Assembly (NCBI RefSeq): GCF_008065095.1 | Contig: NZ_CP042911.1 | Location: 8,010,001 to 8,042,000, forward strand | Source: Gemmata obscuriglobus | GTDB lineage: Bacteria > Planctomycetota > Planctomycetia > Gemmatales > Gemmataceae | Direction: 5' to 3' | DNA length: 32,000 bases | Part shown: positions 19,132 to 27,904 of the stretch, one piece after another | Position numbering within the stretch: the stretch's first letter is position 1 | How the letters are laid out: each line of letters begins with the position of its first letter | Notes under the pieces: model-generated | Seen by the model: only the letters and a program-made list of their open reading frames with translations | The model's database searches: none | Told to the model about the DNA's origin: nothing | Program-made: the position numbers and the translations under genes

Positions 19132-19707
19132 TTACTTGCCTTCCTTCGCGCGGCGCAGGTACTTGCCGTCTTCGGTCTGCACCACGACCAGTTCGCCCTC
19201 GGCGATGAACGACGGCACCTGGATGACCAGGCCGGTCTCCAGGGTGGCGGCCTTCGTCTGCGCCGCGGCCGTCGCGCCCTTGATGCCGGGCTCCGTTTCG
19301 GTCACCTTCAGCGTGACCGTCTGCGGCAGTTCCATCGACAGCGCCCGGCCGTCGTAGAACGTGATCTTCACGTCGTCGTTCTCGCGCAGGTACTTCATCA
19401 TGTCGCCGACCATGTCGCCCGACAGGGTGACCGGCTCGAACGACTCCTTGTCCACGAACACGAAGTCCTCGCCGTCCTTGTACGAGTACGTGTAGTCCTT
19501 GGTGTCGAGGAACACCACGTCGACCTTGTGGTCCGGGTGGACCCGCTCGTCGGTGATGGCCCCGGTGGTCATGTTCTTGAGCTTCAGGTACAGGATCGCG
19601 CGCCAGTTGCCCGGCGTGTTCAGGTCGCGGTCGAGGCAGTAGAAGAGGGTGCCGTCCATGTTCAGCACCATGCCCCGCCGGATGTCGATCATCTTCGTCG
19701 CCGCCAC
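19132..19707 (-). CDS. efpL: Elongation factor P-like protein (EfpL/YeiP subfamily), 191 aa
   Basis: (M)[48 protein letters not shown]...[68 protein letters not shown]. From memory this is closer to E. coli YeiP ([41 protein letters not shown]) than to canonical EF-P. The GTG start at 19707 has AGGAGG (19714-19719) 6 nt upstream; an in-frame ATG at 19692 is the alternative. It is the only real part of the 1041-aa ORF 19132..22257. Confidence 0.85.
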   Translation of the reverse strand: [191 protein letters not shown]

Positions 19708-19911
19708 TGGAAGCCTCCTGTCGGGGGACCGCGCGGTCCGTGCGCGATGTCCCGGTGTGTGAGAACGGTCAACCGTCGTTCTAGCAGATGCCCGCGGGGC
19801 GGAGAAGGGAACCGGGCCGAAACGCCCGGTCCGGCCCCCGCCGGTGCCCCTGGCACCTCGCGCCGCCGCGCGTACAGTGTGCCTATCCCACGACACCCCC
19901 GAGGTGCTCAC

Positions 19912-21951
19912 ATGTTCGCGCTGCCACGCGCCTTTTCCGCCCTTCTCTTTGCGGCGGCCGTCGCCGCGCTCGCGACGCTGCCCGCGAGCCCCACCCGCGC
20001 CGACGGCCCCAAGGACAACGTCCCCGACAACGTGCGCCCGGTCCCGCCCGTCGGCAACGACATCCCGCCCGCCGACCGCGACGCGATCCGGGCCGGGCTC
20101 GCCGAGCTGCAACAGCTCATCAAGGACGCCGGCCCGCACGAGCTGCTGCCGGACGTGCTCATCTACGAAAAGGCCGTGCGGTGGGCGCTCGACTACAAGG
20201 AGATCTTCGACCCGGCGCCGGGCAAGGACAAGAAGCCGCCGGTGCCCGCGAACAACGTGAAGAAGGTGCTGGCCGCGGGGCTGGAACGCGCGAAAGCCCT
20301 GAAGAGCGGCAAGGCGCCCTGGGCCACGCAAACCGGCGCGGTGCTGCGCGGGTACCAATCCAAGATCGACGGGAGCGTGCAGCCGTACTGGCTCATCGTT
20401 CCGAAGGAGTACGACTTCGCGGCGAAGACCAAGCACCGGCTCGACTTCTGGTGGCACGGCCGGTACGAGAACACCGTCGAGGCCGGGTTCATGGCGAACG
20501 CGCCCGGCGCCGGCGGGGGCATCATCCCCGCCCCCGGCGCGCTGATCCTGCACCCGTTCGGCCGGTTCAGTAACGCCAACAAATTCGCCGGCGAAATTGA
20601 CACCTTCGAGTGCCTCGAACACGCCAAGAAGCACTACCGCATCGACGAGTCGCGGCTGGTGGCGCGCGGGTTCAGCATGGGCGGGGCCGCGTGCTGGCAG
20701 TACGGCGCCCACTACCCCACGCTGTGGGCCGCGTGCGCCCCGGGCGCCGGGTTCAGCGAGACCCCCGAGTTCCTCAAGGTGTTCCAGAACGAGAAGCTCG
20801 AGCCGACGTGGTACGAGCAGAAGCTGTGGCACATGTACAACGCCAGCGACACCGCGGTCAACTTCTTCAACCTGCCCACCGTCGCGTACAGCGGCGAGAT
20901 CGACTCGCAGAAGCAGGCCGCCGACGTCATGGCCCGCGAGATGAAGAAGGTGGGGCTCGATCTGAAGCACGTCATCGGCCCCAAGACCGGTCACAGCTAC
21001 GAGAAGGGCGCGAAGGAAGAGGTCAACCGGCTCATCGACGCGGCCGTCGAGAAAGGGCTGCCGAAGGAGCGCCCGGAGATCAAATTCACCACGTACACGC
21101 TGCGCTACAACCGGTGCGGGTGGGCCGCGGTAGAGGGGCTGGAGAAGCACTGGGCGGCCGCGCAGGTCACCGGCACCCTGAAAGACGGCAAGTGGGCGGT
21201 CCGGACCAGCGGGGTCACCCGTCTGCGGCTCGCGCTCCCGGCGGACAGCCCGAAGACGGTCGAGATCGACGGGCAGACTGTGGCGACCGAACGGCCGGCC
21301 GGGGTGTCCCCGGTCGAGTTGCTGTTTGCGAAGGGCGCGGGCGGCAAGTGGGCGCGGGCACACGAGTTCGCGTCCGGGGGCAAGCGGCCCGGGTCGCAAG
21401 GCCCGATCGACGACGCGTTCATGTCCGCGTTCTTGATGGTGAAGCCCACCGGGAAAGCGGCGAACGAGAAGGTGGGCGCGTGGGCCGAAAAGGAACTCAA
21501 GCACGCGACCGAGCACTGGCGGAAGCAGTTCCGCGGCGACGCGCCGCTGAAGGCGGACGCCGAGGTCACGGACGCCGACATCGCGAACAACAACCTGATC
21601 CTCTGGGGCGACCCGCGCAGCAACGCGGTGCTGGCAAAGATCGCAGACAAGCTGCCGGTGAAGTGGACCGACACGGGTGTCGTCCTGGGCAAGCACACCT
21701 ACGACGCGGGCACGCACGTTCCGGTGCTGATCTACCCGAACCCGCTGAACCCGCAGAAATACGTCGTCCTGAACAGCGGGTTCACGTTCCGCGAATACGA
21801 TTACCTGAACAACGCCCGGCAGGTCTCCAAGCTGCCGGACTACGCGGTGATCGACGTGACCACCCCGCCCAACGCGCGGTACCCCGGAAAGGTGGTCCGC
21901 GCGGGCTTCTTCGGCGAGAAGTGGGAACTGCTCGACAACGACGGGAAGTAG
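19912..21951 (+). CDS. Secreted alpha/beta-hydrolase (S9 prolyl-oligopeptidase or esterase-like serine hydrolase), 679 aa
   Basis: N-terminal signal peptide MFALPRAFSALLFAAAVAALATLPASPTRADG. Nucleophile elbow GFSMGGAACWQYGAHYP, followed by ...YSGEIDSQKQA... and ...GPKTGHSYE... (candidate Asp and His). GAGG lies 7 nt before ATG 19912. Confidence 0.8.
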   Translation: MFALPRAFSALLFAAAVAALATLPASPTRADGPKDNVPDNVRPVPPVGNDIPPADRDAIRAGLAELQQLIKDAGPHELLPDVLIYEKAVRWALDYKEIFDPAPGKDKKPPVPANNVKKVLAAGLERAKALKSGKAPWATQTGAVLRGYQSKIDGSVQPYWLIVPKEYDFAAKTKHRLDFWWHGRYENTVEAGFMANAPGAGGGIIPAPGALILHPFGRFSNANKFAGEIDTFECLEHAKKHYRIDESRLVARGFSMGGAACWQYGAHYPTLWAACAPGAGFSETPEFLKVFQNEKLEPTWYEQKLWHMYNASDTAVNFFNLPTVAYSGEIDSQKQAADVMAREMKKVGLDLKHVIGPKTGHSYEKGAKEEVNRLIDAAVEKGLPKERPEIKFTTYTLRYNRCGWAAVEGLEKHWAAAQVTGTLKDGKWAVRTSGVTRLRLALPADSPKTVEIDGQTVATERPAGVSPVELLFAKGAGGKWARAHEFASGGKRPGSQGPIDDAFMSAFLMVKPTGKAANEKVGAWAEKELKHATEHWRKQFRGDAPLKADAEVTDADIANNNLILWGDPRSNAVLAKIADKLPVKWTDTGVVLGKHTYDAGTHVPVLIYPNPLNPQKYVVLNSGFTFREYDYLNNARQVSKLPDYAVIDVTTPPNARYPGKVVRAGFFGEKWELLDNDGK

Positions 21952-22075
21952 ATCGACCCATCCCCGGCCCCTCCCTTCAGATGAGGGGAGAAGGAGCCGA
22001 CAACCCGCGCCGGCTCGTTCTGCTCTACCTAAAAGGGGAGGAAGGGGGCTGGGGCGGGTTCTTTCAGGAGTGCGT

Positions 22076-23899
22076 ATGTCCCGGTTCTGGCTCGCCATCG
22101 CGGCCGTGTTCCTCCTCTTTGTTGCCGCGGGCGTCGGCGGGTACTTTCTGATCCGCCCGGCGCCGCCGGACGGCCCCCCGCGGCAGCGCGAGCAGCCGCC
22201 GGGGGCGGCGCAGCCCGCGCCGCCCGCGCCGTCCGGGGCGGCGGGCGAGTCGCCCAAACTGGTCGTACTGTTCGTGTTCGATCAGATGCGCGGCGACTAC
22301 CTCGAGCGCTGGGCGCCGCTCTTCGGCCCCGACGGGTTCGAGCGCATCAAGAAGGACGGGGTCTGGTTCTCGGAGTGCCACATTCCCTACGCCTGCACCT
22401 CCACCGCGCCGGGGCACGCGTCGCTCTCGACCGGCGCGGCGCCGCGCGACCACGGGATCATTGAGAACGAGTGGTTCGACCGCGAGAAGGGCGTAAAGGT
22501 GTACTGCTGCGAGCCGGTGGGGCGGGCGTACGAGTTGGTGCCGCCGCTGGCGTCCGAAAGCAAGGACCTGAACCGCGGGGCCGCCACCGGGTACTCGCCC
22601 GAGCGCCTGCTCGTGCCCACCGTCGCCGACGCTTTGCGCGAGCAAACCGGCAGAAAAGGCCGCGTGTTCTCGCTCTCGATCAAGGACCGCACGGCGGTGC
22701 TGATGGGCGGCCAGGACCCGTCCGGGGCGTACTGCTTCGACACCCGCGACGGCCGGTTCCACACCGGCGCCTGGTACGGGCGCAAGAGCGAGAGCTTCCG
22801 CGAGCACGCCTGGGTCAAGGAGCTCAACGACTCGCGGCTGGTCGACTCGTGGTTCAACACGAGCTGGGACCGGCTCCGCCCCAAGGCCGAGGCCGACTAC
22901 TTGAAGTTCGCCGGCCCGGACGACGCGCTGGGCGAGGCGGACGGGTTCAACGGGCAGGGGCGCACGTTCCCGCACGCGCTGAGGGGCAAGCTGACCGCGC
23001 CCGCGAAGAAGTACTACGACGCAGTCGAGGGCTCGCCCTACGGCAACGAGTTGCTCGCGACCCTGGCGAAGAAGGCCGTTACCGCCGAGAAGCTCGGGCG
23101 CGGCGACGCCCCGGACCTGCTGTGCGTGAGCTTCTCCTCGAACGACCTCCTCGGCCACCGGTGGGGGCCGGACTCGCAGGAAATGCTCGACGTCACCCTC
23201 CGCTCGGACCAGATGGTCGGCGAGTTCCTCGCGTTCCTGGATAAGGAGGTCGGGCAGGGGCGGTACACGCTCGTCGTTTCGGCCGACCACGGCGTCAGCC
23301 CGCTGCCGGAGCTGAAGAAGTACCCGACCGCCCAGCGGGTCATGATCGACGAACTCACGACCGGGCTGCCCAAGGCGCTCGACGCGATGTTCGGCGCCGC
23401 CCCGGCCGCCCCGTGGGTCGCGGCGTTCGACGCGGACACGTGGCCCTGGGTTTACCTGAACCAGAAGTCGATCAAGGCGCGGAACCTCGACCCCGACAAG
23501 GTCACTGAGGCCGCGGCGGGGTGGCTCGCCGGGCGCGGCTACATTGACACGACCTTTACACGCAAGCAGATCGAAGACGGGCAGTTCCCGGCCGACCAGC
23601 CGTTCAAGAAGTCGGTCGCGCTGGCGTACCGCCCGGACCGGTGCGGCGACGTGATCGTGATCCCCAAGGCGGGCGTGCAGGTCACGCCGTACAAGGGCGG
23701 CACCGGGCATGGCAGCCCGCACCCGTACGACACGCACATCCCGTTTCTGGCTTACGGGGCCGGCGTCCCGCCGCTCGGCAAGCGGACCGAGAAAGTGTCG
23801 TCGCTCGCGGTCGCGCCGACCCTCGCCCAGGCGCTGGGCATCAAGCCGCCGCGGGCCGCCGCGCTACCAGCGCCCGAAGCACTCACGAAGACGAAATAA
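22076..23899 (+). CDS. Alkaline-phosphatase-superfamily protein (type I phosphodiesterase / nucleotide pyrophosphatase family), N-terminally membrane-anchored, 607 aa
   Basis: MSRFWLAIAAVFLLFVAAGVGGYFLI (TM anchor). Then ...VVLFVFDQMRGDYLE...CTSTAPGHASLSTGAAPRDHGIIENEWFD...LLCVSFSSNDLLGHRWGP...VVSADHGVSP...GGTGHGSPHPYDTHIPFLAYG, the typical metal-ligand and nucleophile blocks of the AP/NPP family. AGGAG lies 5 nt before ATG 22076. Confidence 0.85.
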   Translation: MSRFWLAIAAVFLLFVAAGVGGYFLIRPAPPDGPPRQREQPPGAAQPAPPAPSGAAGESPKLVVLFVFDQMRGDYLERWAPLFGPDGFERIKKDGVWFSECHIPYACTSTAPGHASLSTGAAPRDHGIIENEWFDREKGVKVYCCEPVGRAYELVPPLASESKDLNRGAATGYSPERLLVPTVADALREQTGRKGRVFSLSIKDRTAVLMGGQDPSGAYCFDTRDGRFHTGAWYGRKSESFREHAWVKELNDSRLVDSWFNTSWDRLRPKAEADYLKFAGPDDALGEADGFNGQGRTFPHALRGKLTAPAKKYYDAVEGSPYGNELLATLAKKAVTAEKLGRGDAPDLLCVSFSSNDLLGHRWGPDSQEMLDVTLRSDQMVGEFLAFLDKEVGQGRYTLVVSADHGVSPLPELKKYPTAQRVMIDELTTGLPKALDAMFGAAPAAPWVAAFDADTWPWVYLNQKSIKARNLDPDKVTEAAAGWLAGRGYIDTTFTRKQIEDGQFPADQPFKKSVALAYRPDRCGDVIVIPKAGVQVTPYKGGTGHGSPHPYDTHIPFLAYGAGVPPLGKRTEKVSSLAVAPTLAQALGIKPPRAAALPAPEALTKTK

Positions 23900-23910
23900 C
23901 CGCAGACAGA

Positions 23911-24112
23911 ATGGCCACAAAGGGAAACCAAGGCAGAAGACCGAAGAGAGCTGGCCACAAAAAAGCACAAAGGGCACAAAAGGAAACCAAGGCAGAAGAC
24001 AAGAGAAGTGCTTTTAAACTCACTCTTCTGTCTTTGTCTTCGGTTTTCTTTTGTGCCCTTTGTGCTTTTTTGTGGCCAACTCTCTTCGGTCTTAGTCTTC
24101 TTTTGTGGCTGA
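23911..24112. repeat. About 200-bp low-GC imperfect palindrome (foldback) filling a convergent intergenic gap; possible bidirectional terminator or MITE-like element
   Basis: The purine-rich arm is 23911-24010 and the pyrimidine-rich arm is 24021-24112, with the centre near 24015. 23952-23982 pairs perfectly with 24048-24078 (31 bp). 23937-23950 pairs with 24080-24093 (14 bp), with a single mismatch between the two blocks. Each arm holds two tandem units; for example GGAAACCAAGGCAGAAGAC occurs at 23923-23941 and at 23982-24000. Confidence 0.85.
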
Positions 24113-24125
24113 CCGGTGTTCGAAA

Positions 24126-24449
24126 TTACACCGGGGGCTGCTGGACGCGGAGCCGGCGGTTCGGGTCCACCTCCACCACGCCGAACATCTGCTCGTGCTG
24201 GGACACCGCCCGGCGGAGCAGATCGGCCAAACGCTTCGCGGTCACGAAGTTCATGATGACCCGGTGGCTCAGGACGATCGGGTCCGGGCCGGTCGGGGTC
24301 ACCACTTGCGAGAACTGACCCAGTTCCAGGTACACTTCGTCGGCGTTCAGGTGCGCCTGCACAAAGTTGGCGTATACCGTCTCCCGGTTCGACACGTCCA
24401 CCGGGATCTGAACCTGTTGTTGCGCCGCGGGCTTAATTTCGTCGGCCAT
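24126..24449 (-). CDS. DUF3467-family small protein, 107 aa
   Basis: MADEIKPAAQQQVQIPVDVSNRETVYANFVQAHLNADEVYLELGQFSQVVTPTGPDPIVLSHRVIMNFVTAKRLADLLRRAVSQHEQMFGVVEVD.... The pattern YANxxxxxxxxxEVxLELGQ...RVIMxxxxAKRLxxLL matches my memory of DUF3467. AGGAG lies upstream of ATG 24449. Confidence 0.7.
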   Translation of the reverse strand: MADEIKPAAQQQVQIPVDVSNRETVYANFVQAHLNADEVYLELGQFSQVVTPTGPDPIVLSHRVIMNFVTAKRLADLLRRAVSQHEQMFGVVEVDPNRRLRVQQPPV

Positions 24450-24560
24450 TGTGTGGCTCCTGAGCGAGGGTTGCACGCGCCGCAAGTGTCAGAACTCGCG
24501 GACGCACACAGTATATCGTCATCGAAACCGCCGCCCACCACCTTCACCCGCCCACGAATT

Positions 24561-26477
24561 TCAACTCGCGGCGGTCGGCGCGGCCGGCTGGGGCGCGGCC
24601 GCCGGTGACGGGAAGAGCCGGCGCGCCAGCCCCCCCCGCACCCCCGGGACCCACAGCACGAATGACAGAGGCGCGAGCAGCCGCAAGGACCGGAACAGCG
24701 CCCCGACCCCGTGCGGGCCGGTGGTCCGTGTCCCCTGCGAGTCGGTCAGCACCGGCGCCGCCGCGCCCGGGTCGGGGACGAGGGCCACCTGATTTTCGGC
24801 GTCGACCGCAACCGTCAGGGCCGCGGCGCGGGTGGCGGCGGCGGAGCCCGGGGCGAACGCGAGCTTCAGCCGGGGCAGGGCCGGGCCGCCGCGGAGCCGG
24901 TCGCGGATCACCTGATCGGGCAGGAACGCGACCAGCATGATGATCATCAGCAGTTCGAACAGGTTCAGCCCCATCAGCACCGCGATGAACGCGTGCATGG
25001 CGGTCGCGAGCAGGATGATGAGCCACCGGAGCCGGGTCCACAGGAGGAACGGGCCGGCGACCTCAATGAACAGCGTGCCCCAGACCCCGAGCACGGTGAC
25101 CGCGTAGTACAGCGGCTTGATGCTCGCGCCGGCCCGCAGCGCCTTCTCGTACCACTCGTACTGCATCAGGGTGAACTCGGGGTTCACCACCACGTCCCAC
25201 AGCGCCCGCCCGTCCCACCACGCCCCGCCCTTCAGCTTCGACAGCCCGGCGGCCACGTAGATGAAGCAAAAGTGGACCTGGATCAGCCGCAGCGCCAGCC
25301 CCGCCGAGCGGGACGGCGGGGGCGCGTCGAGGAACGCCCGCGTCGCGGGCGGGAGCGTGCCCCCCGACCGCGCGAGGCCGGCCCGCGCGGCGCGGTACCG
25401 GGCGACGAGCCGGTCCACCGAGAGCGCCGCCCCGCTGTTCCCCACCATCAGGTAGAACAGCAGGATGTTCATCATCGTGTCCATCCCGAACAGGATCTGC
25501 TGGGACCGGTGGATGTAGCACACGACCGCGATCCAGGTGAGGACCGAGGTGACGCGGGTGAACAGCCCGATCGTGAACAGCAGGATGGCGAGCAGGGCGC
25601 ACGCGTGGATCAGGGCCATCTGGGTCGGGTCGGTGACGTGGAACCAGACGGAGAACACCTTGTGCCCCGTGCGCAGCGCCTTGTCCGCCTCGTTGTTCCA
25701 GTAGTCCAGGTACTCGATCTTCTTCTCGCGCTCGGCCGGATCGTTGGGCAGCGTGTACAGGAAGTGGACCAGCGCGCGGCGCAGCTCCGGCCCGAGCTCG
25801 ACGAAGTGGTTGAGCACGTACGCCCGGGCGCCGGTGTCGCGGGCCGGGAGCACGTCCCAGAACGCGCGGACGTCGTTGGCGACCCGCTCGCGCTCGGCGG
25901 CCGGGAGCGCGGCGAAGAACGCGGGCGGGGCCGGGGTGGGCGGCTGGTCCGGCTGCGCCGCGGGCACCTGGCCGCTGACCAGCGCCGCCAGGTACCGGTC
26001 CCGGCGCTCCGGGAACGTGCGCATGTCCTGGAACCAGTTCAGCGCCAGCACCGGAATCTCCGGGTTGTCGCTGTCGCTCACGCGCCGCAGGAACTCCAGC
26101 GACGCCTTGCGCTTCGCCTCCTCGGCGGGCAGGGCGCGGATGAAGTCCACGACCGCCTTGCGGCGGTGCGGGAACTCGGGCACTTTGGCGGGCACCACCG
26201 ACTCCGGGTCCCACGACCAGAACGGCGACACCTGCCACGGGTACTCGTGCCGCTCGCGCTCGATGTACGCGGCCGCGTACCACCCGTGCTTGCCGAAGAA
26301 CTGCTGCAAATCGATACTGTACGCGATGTGGATGTACAGCACCAAGAGGCCGGTGGTGACGCGGATGAACCCGAGGGTGGTCGGGTCCGCGGCCGGGAAC
26401 CAGAACCCGACCCACCGCTGCCACGGGGTCCGGTACACGGGCTCGGGGGCGGTGATGGACGGCGCTTCAGAGGCCAT
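24561..26477 (-). CDS. HTTM-domain (vitamin K-dependent gamma-carboxylase-like) polytopic membrane protein with a large inserted loop and a C-terminal extension, 638 aa
   Basis: MASEAPSITAPEPVYRTPWQRWVGFWFPAADPTTLGFIRVTTGLLVLYIHIAYS... is an HTTM-type start. The hydrophobic core resumes at about residue 275 (...VFSVWFHVTDPTQMALIHACALLAILLFTIGLFTRVTSVLTWIAVVCYIHRSQQILFGMDTMMNILLFYLMV... LIQVHFCFIYVAAGLSKLKGGAWWDG... LFIEVAGPFLLW... AMHAFIAVLMGLNLFELLMIIMLVAFLP). The start at ATG 26477 has no obvious SD. Confidence 0.75.
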   Translation of the reverse strand: MASEAPSITAPEPVYRTPWQRWVGFWFPAADPTTLGFIRVTTGLLVLYIHIAYSIDLQQFFGKHGWYAAAYIERERHEYPWQVSPFWSWDPESVVPAKVPEFPHRRKAVVDFIRALPAEEAKRKASLEFLRRVSDSDNPEIPVLALNWFQDMRTFPERRDRYLAALVSGQVPAAQPDQPPTPAPPAFFAALPAAERERVANDVRAFWDVLPARDTGARAYVLNHFVELGPELRRALVHFLYTLPNDPAEREKKIEYLDYWNNEADKALRTGHKVFSVWFHVTDPTQMALIHACALLAILLFTIGLFTRVTSVLTWIAVVCYIHRSQQILFGMDTMMNILLFYLMVGNSGAALSVDRLVARYRAARAGLARSGGTLPPATRAFLDAPPPSRSAGLALRLIQVHFCFIYVAAGLSKLKGGAWWDGRALWDVVVNPEFTLMQYEWYEKALRAGASIKPLYYAVTVLGVWGTLFIEVAGPFLLWTRLRWLIILLATAMHAFIAVLMGLNLFELLMIIMLVAFLPDQVIRDRLRGGPALPRLKLAFAPGSAAATRAAALTVAVDAENQVALVPDPGAAAPVLTDSQGTRTTGPHGVGALFRSLRLLAPLSFVLWVPGVRGGLARRLFPSPAAAPQPAAPTAAS

Positions 26478-26590
26478 GTGAGTGTTGTGTTGAGTGTGGG
26501 TGCAGGGAGTGGGGGGCGCAGGTGCGAGCGGCGACCGGGCATCAACGCGCCTTCGGCCGCCGGCTCGCACCCGCGCTCACGCCCGGTGCG

Positions 26591-27904
26591 TCAGCGCAGT
26601 TGGTTCCAGTCGAACACCTTGTTGCGGTGCCGGGGGTCGTCCACGTCGCCCGCGTTCAGGTCGAGCGTGTCGAGCGCGTGGATCGACATGAAGTCGATGA
26701 ACGGCCGCTTGTGCGGGTCGCCCGGCGGCACCCCGCCCGGGCGCGGGAGGATCGGCACCAGCCAGTACAGCAGCGGCTCCTGCGGGTTGAGCAGCTCGAT
26801 GCGCGCCGCGCCCGGCTTCTCGGGGTCCGCGACGTACCCGAACTCGCCCAGGAAGAACGGCCGGTAGGTGGCCGGGTCGTAGGGGCTGGTGCTGCCCGGA
26901 CGGTTCCGCGGGTTGGCGAACTCCTCCACGTTCATGGTCCGGTGCTCCACGCGGTAGATCTTGACCGTCGTTTTGCCGGCCCGCGCCGGGTCCGCGTGTT
27001 CCAGGATGATGTGCGAGGCGTACGACGGCAGCACGTACCGCGCCACCTCCGCCTGCGGCAGCCGGTACTGCGACTGCGGGTCCTCGTTCGGGTTCATCGG
27101 GATCAGGTGCGCCACCGCCTGGCGGCGGGGGAGCATCTCGCTCCGCTCGGCCACGTTGGCGAGCAGGCCCGGGGTCGAGCGGGCGAGCTGCTCGGTGATC
27201 GACAGCCGGCGGTAGTAAGTGAGCCCGAGCGGGTCCTTCACGTCGTCGGGGCGCTTCGGGAGCACCACCCACTTCGTGTCGTACTGCGGCCGGCCCTGCG
27301 CGTCGGTCCCGGTCTCGGTTTTGAGCATGAACACCAGCACGCTCGCCGGCCCGGGCTCGGGCGAGTAGAAGTGGTACGCGTTCCGCATGTAGATGAACTG
27401 CAGGTACGGATTGTACACGCGGATGAACATCTGCTCGGTGAGCCACGGGGTCGAGGGCGGCGTGGTGGTCGCGAAGAAGATGCCGGTGAAGTGGAACAGC
27501 AGCCACCCGCTGATGACCGGCAGCCGGTACCGCGCCGGGGCGGCCAGCGTCGCGGCCCCGGCCAGCTCCACCGCCGCCAGCACCCCGAACAGCAGCCGGA
27601 ACGAGTCCCAGTGCTCGGGCACCCCGGCCACCGCCAGCGCGGCCGCGCCGCCTGCGATCGCCCACGCCCGCCACAGGTCCGGGCGCATCGACAGCGCCGC
27701 CCCCGCGGTCAGCGCCCCGGCGAGCACCAGCAGCAGCCGGGCCGTGGAAAGTGCCGCGGGCGGGGGGGCGACCGCGGCCGCGACGAGCCCCAGCGCGGCC
27801 GCCGCCGCGGTCAGCCCGAGGCCCGCCAGGCCTGCGCGGCGCACGAGCCTCCATTCAAACGGCGGCACCACCTCTTCGGTGCCGGGGGCTGCGTCCCTGT
27901 CCAT
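26591..27904 (-). CDS. Hypothetical polytopic membrane protein (about 5 N-terminal TM helices plus a C-terminal soluble domain), 437 aa
   Basis: MDRDAAPGTEEVVPPFEWRLVRRAGLAGLGLTAAAAALGLVAAAVA... ISGWLLFHFTGIFFATT, then ...YNPYLQFIYMRNAYHFYSPEPGP... PYDPATYRPFFLGEFGYVADPEKPG.... GAGGA lies 6 nt upstream of ATG 27904. I recognise no family. It is co-oriented with, and 113 bp upstream of, the HTTM gene. Confidence 0.7.
   Translation of the reverse strand: MDRDAAPGTEEVVPPFEWRLVRRAGLAGLGLTAAAAALGLVAAAVAPPPAALSTARLLLVLAGALTAGAALSMRPDLWRAWAIAGGAAALAVAGVPEHWDSFRLLFGVLAAVELAGAATLAAPARYRLPVISGWLLFHFTGIFFATTTPPSTPWLTEQMFIRVYNPYLQFIYMRNAYHFYSPEPGPASVLVFMLKTETGTDAQGRPQYDTKWVVLPKRPDDVKDPLGLTYYRRLSITEQLARSTPGLLANVAERSEMLPRRQAVAHLIPMNPNEDPQSQYRLPQAEVARYVLPSYASHIILEHADPARAGKTTVKIYRVEHRTMNVEEFANPRNRPGSTSPYDPATYRPFFLGEFGYVADPEKPGAARIELLNPQEPLLYWLVPILPRPGGVPPGDPHKRPFIDFMSIHALDTLDLNAGDVDDPRHRNKVFDWNQLR

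Noticed and set aside
18743-19357. A 204-aa + ORF in the GC-rich gap, running antisense into efpL.
   Set aside because: The translation is low-complexity and Arg/Ala/Pro-rich. It has no SD, and its downstream half merely mirrors the efpL codon structure. The region is listed instead as an unexplained non-coding gap.
19708-22257. The upstream about 850 codons of the 1041-aa minus-strand ORF 19132..22257.
   Set aside because: Only the last 191 codons (efpL) have a recognisable product and an SD-linked start. The rest is a high-GC shadow ORF antisense to the well-supported hydrolase gene, and it is Arg/Gly/Pro/Val-rich and low-complexity.
22064-23737. A 557-aa minus-strand ORF, plus other alternative-frame ORFs over the alkaline-phosphatase-family gene.
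   Set aside because: These are antisense shadow ORFs typical of GC-rich DNA. The + frame has clear AP-superfamily motifs, and the others are Arg/Pro/Gly-rich nonsense.
23911-24318. A small basic-plus-hydrophobic ORF starting at ATG 23911 inside the foldback, considered as a type I toxin-like or small membrane protein.
   Set aside because: The charged-then-hydrophobic pattern is an automatic consequence of translating a purine-rich arm followed by its pyrimidine-rich complement. There is no SD, and the frame continues antisense through DUF3467 to 24318. It is kept as a side note only.
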